Under the pieces are notes generated by a model that made no database searches, was not told the origin of the DNA, and saw only the letters and a program-made list of their open reading frames with translations. This document shows positions 1 to 7,123 of a stretch of 25,424 bases of DNA, one piece after another (positions within the stretch are counted from its first letter, which is position 1; each line of letters starts with the position of its first letter). Origin of the DNA: a virus (Duplodnaviria; Caudoviricetes); IMG/VR virus record IMGVR_UViG_3300038492_000407, positions 1 through 25,424 of that record. One strand, written 5' to 3'. The position numbers were made by a program, and so were the translations under genes.

Positions 1-17
1 GTTTCCCAGTCACGATC
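1..17 (+). other. Random-amplification (Round A/B, SISPA) primer tag; library artefact
   Basis: Exact GTTTCCCAGTCACGATC at the 5' end; its reverse complement is at the 3' end. Confidence 0.95.
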
Positions 18-45
18 CAAGCAGCAGTAGTTTTGTCAGTTCCAT
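18..45 (-). CDS. Truncated N-terminus of a leftward gene (MELTKLLLL...)
   Basis: AAGGAG RBS overlapping the exonuclease stop; ATG at 45; runs into the primer tag. Confidence 0.5.
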
Positions 46-56
46 AGTCGTACTCC

Positions 57-713
57 TTACGCTGCCATCCTGTTGTCGATGGCGTGCTCCATCTCCGCGA
101 CCTCGCGAAGAAAATCATCAATGTCTCGCTCGACTGCGACCCGCTCTTCGGGCGTCATGGCAAGCCGCTGAACGAACAACTGGGCATTGCCGGGCATCCG
201 GGGATCGAAGCTCACAAAGTCGCACCATTGTCTGCCGGTACAGACCAGCTGCAGATGAACCTGAGACACATATTCGGGTGGCACTTCCTCGGTCAGCAAG
301 TATTTCGCATGCGTCGCCGACTTCGGACACTTGATCTCGATCAATCCGTCTGGCTGGTTGTCGTTCGCTGCTATCAGCCGATCCGGGCTCGCTAAGACCC
401 ATTCCTTCGATGGGTGTTTGAAAAGTCCGCATTTGATTGGCTCCACGTCCCGCGTGAACGCGTACATCTGCGCGGCTTCATCTTCGTGCTCAATTCCCCA
501 CTGCATTTCTCGAGTGGTGAAGAAATCCTCGGCTTCTCCAGTCAGGCGCTCGCACACCAACTCGATAGCGTAGTCCTTGCGAGACGCGGCGAAGTTTTTG
601 TTCTTCAACCGCTTCATCGCGTCGTGCATGCGGCTGGCGGTCAGATGACCGAGCCGTGCCGCATGCCACTCGGGCGAGCCCTGTTCGACTTTCAGTTCCA
701 TCGGTTCAGACAT
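57..713 (-). CDS. YqaJ-like / lambda-type phage exonuclease
   Basis: QGSPEWHAARLGHLTAS, MQWGIEHEDEA, ASPDRL, IEIKCP and WCDFVSFDPR motifs. Confidence 0.93.
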   Translation of the reverse strand: MSEPMELKVEQGSPEWHAARLGHLTASRMHDAMKRLKNKNFAASRKDYAIELVCERLTGEAEDFFTTREMQWGIEHEDEAAQMYAFTRDVEPIKCGLFKHPSKEWVLASPDRLIAANDNQPDGLIEIKCPKSATHAKYLLTEEVPPEYVSQVHLQLVCTGRQWCDFVSFDPRMPGNAQLFVQRLAMTPEERVAVERDIDDFLREVAEMEHAIDNRMAA

Positions 714-721
714 TCAGACTC

Positions 722-1150
722 CTACGACACAGCTAGAAAGCGAAGCACGTCTTCGATTGAGACGCATATCCTTGTTGCCATCTTGGCCATCAACTCGGGC
801 TCTTCGCCATCGCGAGTCAGGATCACGGTGCGCTTGCCAGCGCCGCACATCCAGCCCAATTCGAGGTGGGCACTGCGCCCGCAGGGAAGTACGAGCACGC
901 ACGTGTCAGCCCACTGCATTGCCCCCATATCGGCCGCGAAGCCTTCTTCGGCCCGATGGGTGCGGAGCGCGGCGAGGTATTGGTCCGCGGTCCAGTTCTG
1001 CCAGTTGGCGTCGATCTCTTCCCAGCCGAAGCCCGCACCATTGGGCGGGTTCCGGAAGTCGTAGCACTCGTGGCCAGCCTTACGTAATCGCTGGATCACT
1101 TCTGGCTGGTAGTCGTTACGCCACGACGAGGCGACATAAATTCTAGCCAC
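722..1150 (-). CDS. Nucleoside 2-deoxyribosyltransferase-like (NDT/TIR-like fold) phage protein
   Basis: IYVASSWRN start; DMGAMQWADTCVLVLPCGRSAHLELGWMCGAGK resembles the NDT D...aD.vv...ElG.a...gK pattern. Confidence 0.6.
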   Translation of the reverse strand: MARIYVASSWRNDYQPEVIQRLRKAGHECYDFRNPPNGAGFGWEEIDANWQNWTADQYLAALRTHRAEEGFAADMGAMQWADTCVLVLPCGRSAHLELGWMCGAGKRTVILTRDGEEPELMAKMATRICVSIEDVLRFLAVS

Positions 1151-1994
1151 TCTTCCGACGCTCCTCTGATCTACGCTGGGCTATCTTGGCTTCCAACATG
1201 CTCTTGGCCTTCTTGAATTTGGCGGCGGGCATGTCGGCGAAACTCGCGGCCTTGAAGTGGCCGAGAAACTTTTTTATGTCGGCGCCAGCTTGACTACACA
1301 GCGCCTTCAAAACTTCCTGATCAGCATCAGAGATAGTTGATTCGCCGGCCGCTTGTCCGTCGTCGTCGAGCGGATCACCTTTGGTGACGAAACCTATCAA
1401 TTCCTTAGCCGTGTAGCGCTGGCCGTAGCTGATCGAGGAGCCGACGGCTTGCACGCCATTCTTCGAGCCGGTGCTATCGTGCTGCAGGATAATCTCGGCC
1501 GTCTCGGTGTGGCCCGATCGATGGCCGAGTGTTCCGATCACGGTGATTGGTTCGCCTTTGGGCTGCACCGTCTTGTGGCGGATATTGAAGCCGTATTTCG
1601 CCATGTGGGGCTTAATGGCTTCCTTGATGTCCGCCCAGTAAGCATAGGACGATTGCTTCTCGCCTGCCGTGTTGCGAATGAAGCCCTTCTCGTCAATGAC
1701 TGGCAGTTCGGCCTGCATCTCCGACAGCGCACCCTCAAACTCAATGCGCGCCTTCTCGGCTTGACTGTTCATGTACAGCGTGTGCAGTCGCTCCAACTTC
1801 TCGATATCGATTTCTGGGTTCGTCAGCGTTGCTTCAAGCATGGCGAGCAGCGGGTCGGCCGGCTGTTGGGACTTGGCCGGCAAAGGTTGGACCCGCTGCC
1901 CTACAACCTCACCACCTGGGATTTGGGGGGATTCGGTGAGGTGTCCGTTGTCGAGCACTGGGGCTCGCTCATCCATTGTAATCGTTTCCGTCAT
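1143..1994 (-). CDS. erf: ERF-family single-strand annealing protein
   Basis: ERF motif QAVGSSISYGQRYT..LIG....D.DDDG; start placed at ATG 1994 behind GAGGAG; next to the exonuclease. Confidence 0.88.
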   Translation of the reverse strand: MTETITMDERAPVLDNGHLTESPQIPGGEVVGQRVQPLPAKSQQPADPLLAMLEATLTNPEIDIEKLERLHTLYMNSQAEKARIEFEGALSEMQAELPVIDEKGFIRNTAGEKQSSYAYWADIKEAIKPHMAKYGFNIRHKTVQPKGEPITVIGTLGHRSGHTETAEIILQHDSTGSKNGVQAVGSSISYGQRYTAKELIGFVTKGDPLDDDGQAAGESTISDADQEVLKALCSQAGADIKKFLGHFKAASFADMPAAKFKKAKSMLEAKIAQRRSEERRKSG

Positions 1995-2424
1995 CGGTGG
2001 TAGTCTCCTCGTGGTTGTGGGCACGCGGTACTAATTCTCGATCGGGAAACACGGATTGAATGTGCCTCGCGATTTGTGTTTCAAGCGCATTAATCTGGCG
2101 CTCAGCTTCGACCCTGCGGTCGGTGAAGGTCTGTCGCTTTTGGTCGACCTCCATATTGTATTCGCGCTCTTCAGCGGCGAGGTTCACGAGTGTAGCTTTG
2201 TAGGCGTTGAGATTGTCGCGAAGCTTCTCGAACGATGTTAGCTGGGTGATCTCGGCCGGTTGTGTGATCTCATCCGGCTCGATAATATCTTCTTTCGGTT
2301 TGCGCGAGCCGAACAACGCATTGACTAATCGGCCTTCTGGTTCGTTGGACATCTCACTCACTCGAAAATGTTCACGGCCGGGCTCCACGTACAACGGTTC
2401 TGCCACAGCAAACTCCACTACCAC
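1969..2424 (-). CDS. Hypothetical coiled-coil protein (start may be ATG 2352)
   Basis: Fills the leftward operon; heptad-like charged helix. Confidence 0.6.
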   Translation of the reverse strand: MVVEFAVAEPLYVEPGREHFRVSEMSNEPEGRLVNALFGSRKPKEDIIEPDEITQPAEITQLTSFEKLRDNLNAYKATLVNLAAEEREYNMEVDQKRQTFTDRRVEAERQINALETQIARHIQSVFPDRELVPRAHNHEETTTDDGNDYNG

Positions 2425-2645
2425 TCGTGACGTTCAATCTGTACTTTCGCAATGAAATATCCTGGTGGTCGATGCTTCAACCACATGTCGTGAATGACGT
2501 TTGGCGTTGCGCTTTCATCGGGCCACAGATTGCAAACAATCGCGAGAGCGTTTGCTTTGCAGCCCTCCATGCACGTCGAGCACGTGTCGACGAGAATTTT
2601 TCCTTCAGCAACTGCTGCATAAGCATGGCCTGGCTGATCCGTCAT
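2418..2645 (-). CDS. Hypothetical protein, 75 aa (MTDQPGHAY..., CxxCxxxC)
   Basis: AAGGAG RBS; ATGA overlap with the upstream ORF. Confidence 0.6.
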   Translation of the reverse strand: MTDQPGHAYAAVAEGKILVDTCSTCMEGCKANALAIVCNLWPDESATPNVIHDMWLKHRPPGYFIAKVQIERHEW

Positions 2646-2821
2646 GGGCGTTTGCTCCTTACGTGATGGTGGAATGCAGCGTCGTATAGTTCTGGAAACC
2701 AGCGCATGATTAGCCAGTCGCGCACTCGTTCCCAGATCGACAGCGCGCACCAAAATATCGCAAAACACAGCAAAGTGCCGATCATCGCGTACAATACGGC
2801 CCATCCGATATGTTCGGTCAT
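2642..2821 (-). CDS. Small membrane protein, 59 aa (MTEHIGWAVLYAMIGTLLCFAIFWCALSIW...)
   Basis: Read manually (below the ORF-track cutoff); GAGG RBS, one TM helix, ATGA coupling to the next gene. Confidence 0.6.
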   Translation of the reverse strand: MTEHIGWAVLYAMIGTLLCFAIFWCALSIWERVRDWLIMRWFPELYDAAFHHHVRSKRP

Positions 2822-2835
2822 TGCGGCCTCGCAGG

Positions 2836-3204
2836 TTAGTAGATTGGAAGCTTGTCGCGGACGCTCTGAAAACTGTCGTCGTCAGCAAGAAGGCGGTCGC
2901 GCTCTTTTTGATTGAAGATCCGCTTGGTCAGGATCTTCTCAATCCAACGCATGCCGTATGGACGCTCGGGTACTGCCGGTATTCCCGTGTTCGGGTAAAA
3001 CACCGCGCGTCCTGACTCGTCGGTGTGGTGATAGCCATCAAGATCGATGACGACTTGTTGCGTCGAGTAGCAATACGAAAGATAGACGTGCGCTACGAGG
3101 ACGTCCAAAAAATCGCCCTCTTCTGTGATTATTGGTATTTGCTGCTCGACAAACTTACACAACTCCTCGCCGTTTTGCGGCGTGTATCTTGGCGTTGCCA
3201 ACAT
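2836..3204 (-). CDS. Hypothetical protein, first gene of the leftward early operon
   Basis: AAGGA RBS before ATG 3204; no HTH or peptidase S24 motif visible. Confidence 0.65.
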   Translation of the reverse strand: MLATPRYTPQNGEELCKFVEQQIPIITEEGDFLDVLVAHVYLSYCYSTQQVVIDLDGYHHTDESGRAVFYPNTGIPAVPERPYGMRWIEKILTKRIFNQKERDRLLADDDSFQSVRDKLPIY

Positions 3205-3215
3205 GATTTGATCCT

Positions 3216-3282
3216 TGCCCAAGGTTCAATGGAGCCAGTTGAGACGGCTTTGGAGTCGTCGGTGCAATCCGCCTCAACTGGC
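3216..3282 (-). promoter_or_regulatory. Leader hairpin plus TCCATTGAACCTTGGGCA element
   Basis: 14-bp stem 3234-3247/3269-3282, followed on the - strand by a motif shared with 3797-3816. Confidence 0.5.
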
Positions 3283-3380
3283 CTTGTCGACTTCAGCTGA
3301 ACAAGAGTTCCCCGCATTACGCTCTGATGCGACTAAAGCCGTTACCGGTAGGGTCCGATCGTGTCCTGCCGGTTTTCAAG

Positions 3381-3409
3381 ACGTAGCTTAGTTCGAATCG
3401 AAGTGCAAG
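3381..3409 (-). promoter_or_regulatory. Putative leftward sigma70 promoter
   Basis: CTTGCA-N17-CTACGT, resembling the alphaproteobacterial CTTGAC-N17-CTATAT consensus. Confidence 0.45.
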
Positions 3410-3432
3410 GGGGTGTGCCAAAAAAAATTAGA

Positions 3433-3460
3433 TTGCCTTTTGCGGCCGTTAATTTTAAAT
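3433..3460 (+). promoter_or_regulatory. Putative rightward promoter in an AT-rich tract
   Basis: TTGCCT-N16-TTAAAT upstream of the HTH gene. Confidence 0.35.
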
Positions 3461-3545
3461 GTAAGTATGATCTTGTTTGATAGAGTGGATGTGTTTAGAT
3501 AGTGCGAATCAACCAGCCGGGATACGCAACATGCTCGAGGCAACA

Positions 3546-3752
3546 GTGCCGCACAAAAAGCCCTTGAACATCAGGATTAAAGAGGCGCGAGAGAGGGCAA
3601 AACTCTCACAAAGCGAATTGGCTATTGAGCTTGATGTTAGTATCGGAACTGTGAGGTCGTGGGAATACGGGATCTCTGAACCGAAGCGCGAAACGCATAT
3701 AAAAATGGCAAGTGTGCTCGATGTGCCACTATCGCGTTTCAATCGCTTCTAA
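3546..3752 (+). CDS. XRE/Cro-like helix-turn-helix regulator
   Basis: RIKEARERAKLSQSELAIELDVSIGTVRSWEYGISEP; GAGG before GTG 3546 (ATG 3531 is an alternative). Confidence 0.9.
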   Translation: MPHKKPLNIRIKEARERAKLSQSELAIELDVSIGTVRSWEYGISEPKRETHIKMASVLDVPLSRFNRF

Positions 3753-3757
3753 AGCAA

Positions 3758-3821
3758 AAGGGTCGCTCCCGATACGCAACGCTGGGTAGCGACCCTTCCA
3801 TTGTCGACCTTGGGCAGGTCG
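3758..3821 (+). promoter_or_regulatory. Hairpin plus TCCATTGTCGACCTTGGGCA element after the cro-like gene
   Basis: AAGGGTCGCT/AGCGACCCTT stem, then the CGACCT-TGGGC-AGGTCG hairpin. Confidence 0.5.
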
Positions 3822-3929
3822 TATGCACAGAGCCAAACTCACTACTCACGCGGCTCGAGATCCCCGGTGCGAGGACAGGTCAAAGATGATTAGCATTCTG
3901 GGCAATTTCAAGGCCGCGAGGTGCGGCCG

Positions 3930-4667
3930 ATGAGCAATAAGCTCCAGGGAATGGTCTGGGATATCCCATGCCCAACGCCGTCGCAAAAACTTCTTCTCCT
4001 GCGGTTCGCAGACTTTGCGAGTGATTCCGGAGATAGCATTTTTCCATCGAACGACCGGCTTGCGGCCGAGTTGCAGTGTTCAGCGCGCAATGTTCAGTAC
4101 ATCCTGTCGGGTTTTCGGAAGATTGGTTTGATCGAGCTTCTGCACAAAGGCGGCGGCGGTCCCGGTGACACGAATCACTACCGCCTCAATGTCGGGATTC
4201 TGAGTCAACTAGCAAATGGCTATGTTCGGCTCGACGGTGCACAACAAGGTGTACAACTGGTTGAACAACCAGTGGAAAAAAAGGGTGAACTGAGTGCGCC
4301 CTTAGACCCCGCAAGGGTGAACTCAGAGCTGAATAAGGGTGAACCCCAGTTCACCGAATCCACCAATATAGACTCACCACTTAGCGCGCATGCGCGCGCG
4401 AGCGATGGGGCTCGCGCTTCATGCGCTCAGGGGAAAACTTTTCTGCCGAGCTTCACGCTTACTCCTGGTGACCCGCAGTGGCGCGTCTGGATGGATTATC
4501 TCGCTGAGGCTTATTCGGACATGCACGACACCGTCATTCGCCAAGGGTCGATCGAAGTCACGCGTAAGTGGCCTGGACCGGACGCACGAATCCTGACCAA
4601 AGAAAAGCCGCGGAAGTCGAACAACGCCGACCGCATCACGGGGGATCAATCGGATGGCATTGGGTGA
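3930..4667 (+). CDS. Phage replication initiator with N-terminal HTH (lambda O-like position)
   Basis: QKLLLLRFADFASDSGDSIFPSNDRLAAELQCSARNVQY winged-HTH signature; internal repeats. Confidence 0.8.
   Translation: MSNKLQGMVWDIPCPTPSQKLLLLRFADFASDSGDSIFPSNDRLAAELQCSARNVQYILSGFRKIGLIELLHKGGGGPGDTNHYRLNVGILSQLANGYVRLDGAQQGVQLVEQPVEKKGELSAPLDPARVNSELNKGEPQFTESTNIDSPLSAHARASDGARASCAQGKTFLPSFTLTPGDPQWRVWMDYLAEAYSDMHDTVIRQGSIEVTRKWPGPDARILTKEKPRKSNNADRITGDQSDGIG
4281..4355 (+). repeat. Iteron-like repeats, probable replication origin
   Basis: AAGGGTGAAC at 4281, 4313 and 4335; inverted GTTCACC at 4349-4355; all inside the initiator gene. Confidence 0.7.
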
Positions 4668-4857
4668 TTTCGTGAGAGGCTTAGTCACAGCAACCGGCAT
4701 GATGACGTCGATGATCTTGATTGCTTGGCTCTATCAAACCTGGGTTGGCGATGACGATTGCCAGAATACCTACATCCTCAAGCCGGCTGTTGAAGTTCGA
4801 GGAGTGCAGACCATTCAAATTCCGATCGATAAATCGCAGTGGGAGCGCGTCAAATGA
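4654..4857 (+). CDS. Small membrane protein
   Basis: N-terminal hydrophobic helix; overlaps both neighbours. Confidence 0.55.
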   Translation: MALGDFVRGLVTATGMMTSMILIAWLYQTWVGDDDCQNTYILKPAVEVRGVQTIQIPIDKSQWERVK

Positions 4858-5189
4858 GAAAAGTTAACGGCATTCAGATTCCGTTTACAAACGAGCTTGA
4901 TTTATCCGATCGAGGAAACCGACAGGCAGCTTTCAACCAATGCTGTCAGGTGGTGGCGACTGCACTGGAATGCGACGGCGTGGACCGCGCGCAAGGGCTC
5001 CTGATGCTGTGCGTGGATATGCTGGCGCCCTACGGCGATTGTGAGCGCAAGGATGCATTCGAGGCGTTTGACAAGCTCGCCGATCGATTGAAGCAATCGT
5101 TCGATGAACGGGCTGAGGTCTACCAAATGCAAGAAGCCGAAAAGAAAGCTGCAGAATGTTTCGGCTACGAACACAGGCAGGCGAACTGA
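4854..5189 (+). CDS. Hypothetical protein
   Basis: ATGA coupling at 4854; GGAG RBS. Confidence 0.65.
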   Translation: MRKVNGIQIPFTNELDLSDRGNRQAAFNQCCQVVATALECDGVDRAQGLLMLCVDMLAPYGDCERKDAFEAFDKLADRLKQSFDERAEVYQMQEAEKKAAECFGYEHRQAN

Positions 5190-5350
5190 TGTTTGTTTGG
5201 GCATACGTCGTGATCTGGCGGCAATGCAAAGACACGATTGATGTTGGTCAGGCGGTAGCGCCGTTGTTCTATTTCGCGTGCATGGACATCTGCGCACTGG
5301 CTTGCATTGCCGCCGGTCTGGCTGGATTGGGTGGGGGGAAGATCTTGTGA
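5189..5350 (+). CDS. Small hydrophobic protein
   Basis: TGATG coupling upstream and GTGA coupling downstream. Confidence 0.45.
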   Translation: MFVWAYVVIWRQCKDTIDVGQAVAPLFYFACMDICALACIAAGLAGLGGGKIL

Positions 5351-6021
5351 GCTGGTATTTCGACCCTCTGACGATGTTCGGCTATGACCTGATCATGATC
5401 GACTGCGCGTGGGAGATTGAGCTTTATTCCGACAAAGGGCTCGGCAAGGCACCACAGGCGCACTACGAGTGCATGCCGATCGAGGAAATCAAGGCGATGC
5501 CAGTTGGCCATCTCGCCTCGCCTGACTGCTTGCTGTGGTGCTGGTGTACGGCTCCGATGGTCGATCAAGCTCTCGAAGCTGTCGCCGGCTGGGGCTTCAA
5601 ATATTCGACCATGGGAACTTGGGTGAAGACGACGAAAAACCGGAAGCTTTGCTTTGGCACTGGTTACCGTCTGCGTTCGTGTGCGGAGTTCTACATCATC
5701 GCGACCGTAGGTCGTCCCAAGACGACCAAGGGAACGCGCAATGCAATCCTCGGTCTACGTCGCGAGCATTCGCGCAAGCCGGAACTCGCATATCAGCACT
5801 GCGAACAGCTGATGCCCGGCGCGCGGAAAGTGGACGTGTTCTCGCGCGAGAAGCGCAAGGGCTGGGACAACTGGGGTAAAGAGAGGTTCAAATTCAATGT
5901 CGATTCGACTGAGCCTATCAGACCGCTTGATATCGATACTACCATTCTGGATCTCAAACGATCTATCGAATTGGATATGCGCGATCTATTTCGCTTGGAC
6001 GAATTACAAGAAGGTAATTGA
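5347..6021 (+). CDS. MT-A70 family (N6-adenine) methyltransferase with variant motif DCAW
   Basis: YDLIMIDCAW, HYECM, LWCWCT, WGFKY, WVK, GTGYRLRSCAE, REHSRKPE, DVFSR and GWDNWG. Confidence 0.88.
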   Translation: MSWYFDPLTMFGYDLIMIDCAWEIELYSDKGLGKAPQAHYECMPIEEIKAMPVGHLASPDCLLWCWCTAPMVDQALEAVAGWGFKYSTMGTWVKTTKNRKLCFGTGYRLRSCAEFYIIATVGRPKTTKGTRNAILGLRREHSRKPELAYQHCEQLMPGARKVDVFSREKRKGWDNWGKERFKFNVDSTEPIRPLDIDTTILDLKRSIELDMRDLFRLDELQEGN

Positions 6022-6034
6022 TTTTGAGGAACGG

Positions 6035-6232
6035 ATGTCGGCTGTGATTTGGTACGCTACTGACGGTAGAATGTCGAAGCCGTACTATGAGATCGGAACC
6101 ATGGAAGCAGAGATCGACGATGCATTCGAGCGGAAATGGGAAGAGGCGTATAGCCAAGCAATCGAGGACAGCAATGAAACCGATGCAAGCGTCACTCGAG
6201 AAGCGATCAATAGTGTTTTGGCCAAGAAGTAA
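6035..6232 (+). CDS. Hypothetical acidic protein, 65 aa
   Basis: GAGGA RBS before ATG 6035. Confidence 0.5.
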   Translation: MSAVIWYATDGRMSKPYYEIGTMEAEIDDAFERKWEEAYSQAIEDSNETDASVTREAINSVLAKK

Positions 6233-6297
6233 TTGAACCTCTTTTGTATGCCGATGGCGCGTTAGTGTCTGACAACAGCTAAGCAATGGAGATGGTA

Positions 6298-6432
6298 ATG
6301 CGGATTGTCATGATAGCGTTTGTGGCTGTCGCAATGACGGCATGCGGTGCGGGATCGCCGGGTTACTTCTGCGGCGGGCCAACGTGCCACCAAGCGGAAA
6401 CCAGCGTGCACGGACCCTATGCGAGTCCTTGA
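6298..6432 (+). CDS. Small putative lipoprotein, 44 aa (MRIVMIAFVAVAMTA-CGAG...)
   Basis: Read manually; GGAG RBS, signal peptide with lipobox-like MTAC, two further Cys. Confidence 0.5.
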   Translation: MRIVMIAFVAVAMTACGAGSPGYFCGGPTCHQAETSVHGPYASP

Positions 6433-7123
6433 TCTGTTCTCAGGAATTGGCGGTTTCACACTTGGCTTAGAGAGAGCTGGGATGGAAACCGTCGCATTCT
6501 GTGAGAGCGAACCATTTTGCCAAGATGTTTTGCGAAAGAACTGGCCCTATGTTCCGATCTATTGCGATGTCTGCACGCTCACGGCCGACACTCTTCGACG
6601 AGACGGAATTGCCGTTGATGTTATCGCCGGCGGGTTTCCGTGTCAGGACATCAGTATTGCTGGCGAGCAGGCTGGTCTCCAGGGTGAAAGATCTGGCCTC
6701 TGGTCGGAGTTCAGGAGACTTATTCGGGAGATGCAGCCGCAGTGGGTTATTATCGAAAACGTTACAGGAATTCTTAGTGAAGGCGGAACCGTCGTCGTTA
6801 ATGACATTGCCACGAGCGGGTATGATTGTCTCTGGGAATGCATACCAGCGTCTGCCATTGGCGCACTCCACAGACGGGACCGCTGGTGGTGTATTGCCCA
6901 CCGTAACGGCGTCGGACTTCAAGCGCGGAAGTCAAGCCAGTCGCGTGAACTCGAAAACTGGAATTCCCCTACCGCAGGCGATTGGTGGACCACCGAACCC
7001 AACGTGGCTCGAGTGGTTCATGGGATTCCCAATAGGGCACACCGAATTAAAGCCCTCGGCAATGCCGTTGTGCCGCAGATCACGGAAATGATTGGGCGCG
7101 CAATCATGGAAGCAGCTAAATAA
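6419..7123 (+). CDS. DNA cytosine-C5 methyltransferase, main polypeptide (motifs I-VIII and X)
   Basis: VLDLFSGIGG (I), GGFPCQDIS (IV), IENV (VI), HRRDRWW (VIII), KALGNAVVP (X). Confidence 0.92.
   Translation: MRVLDLFSGIGGFTLGLERAGMETVAFCESEPFCQDVLRKNWPYVPIYCDVCTLTADTLRRDGIAVDVIAGGFPCQDISIAGEQAGLQGERSGLWSEFRRLIREMQPQWVIIENVTGILSEGGTVVVNDIATSGYDCLWECIPASAIGALHRRDRWWCIAHRNGVGLQARKSSQSRELENWNSPTAGDWWTTEPNVARVVHGIPNRAHRIKALGNAVVPQITEMIGRAIMEAAK
6549..7091 (+). CDS. Overprinted alternative-frame ORF carrying a TRD-like segment and motif IX of the C5-MTase (start uncertain: 6501/6549/6567/6618)
   Basis: Open frame of about 590 nt inside the MTase; LPTVTASD and NPTWLEWFMGFPIGHT at 6996-7043. Confidence 0.65.
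   Translation: MFRSIAMSARSRPTLFDETELPLMLSPAGFRVRTSVLLASRLVSRVKDLASGRSSGDLFGRCSRSGLLSKTLQEFLVKAEPSSLMTLPRAGMIVSGNAYQRLPLAHSTDGTAGGVLPTVTASDFKRGSQASRVNSKTGIPLPQAIGGPPNPTWLEWFMGFPIGHTELKPSAMPLCRRSRK

Noticed and set aside
414-2003. Long + strand ORFs 414-1064 and 1353-2003
   Set aside because: Antisense shadows of the exonuclease, NDT-like and ERF genes, with no motifs.
3823-3933. 36-codon ORF between the cro-like gene and the initiator (CII-like or leader peptide)
   Set aside because: ATGA-coupled, but short, with a weak RBS and no recognisable motif; insufficient support.
4281-4355. Short repeats as a CRISPR array or DGR template/variable repeat
   Set aside because: 10-bp units with irregular short spacing inside a gene; no cas or reverse transcriptase in the window.
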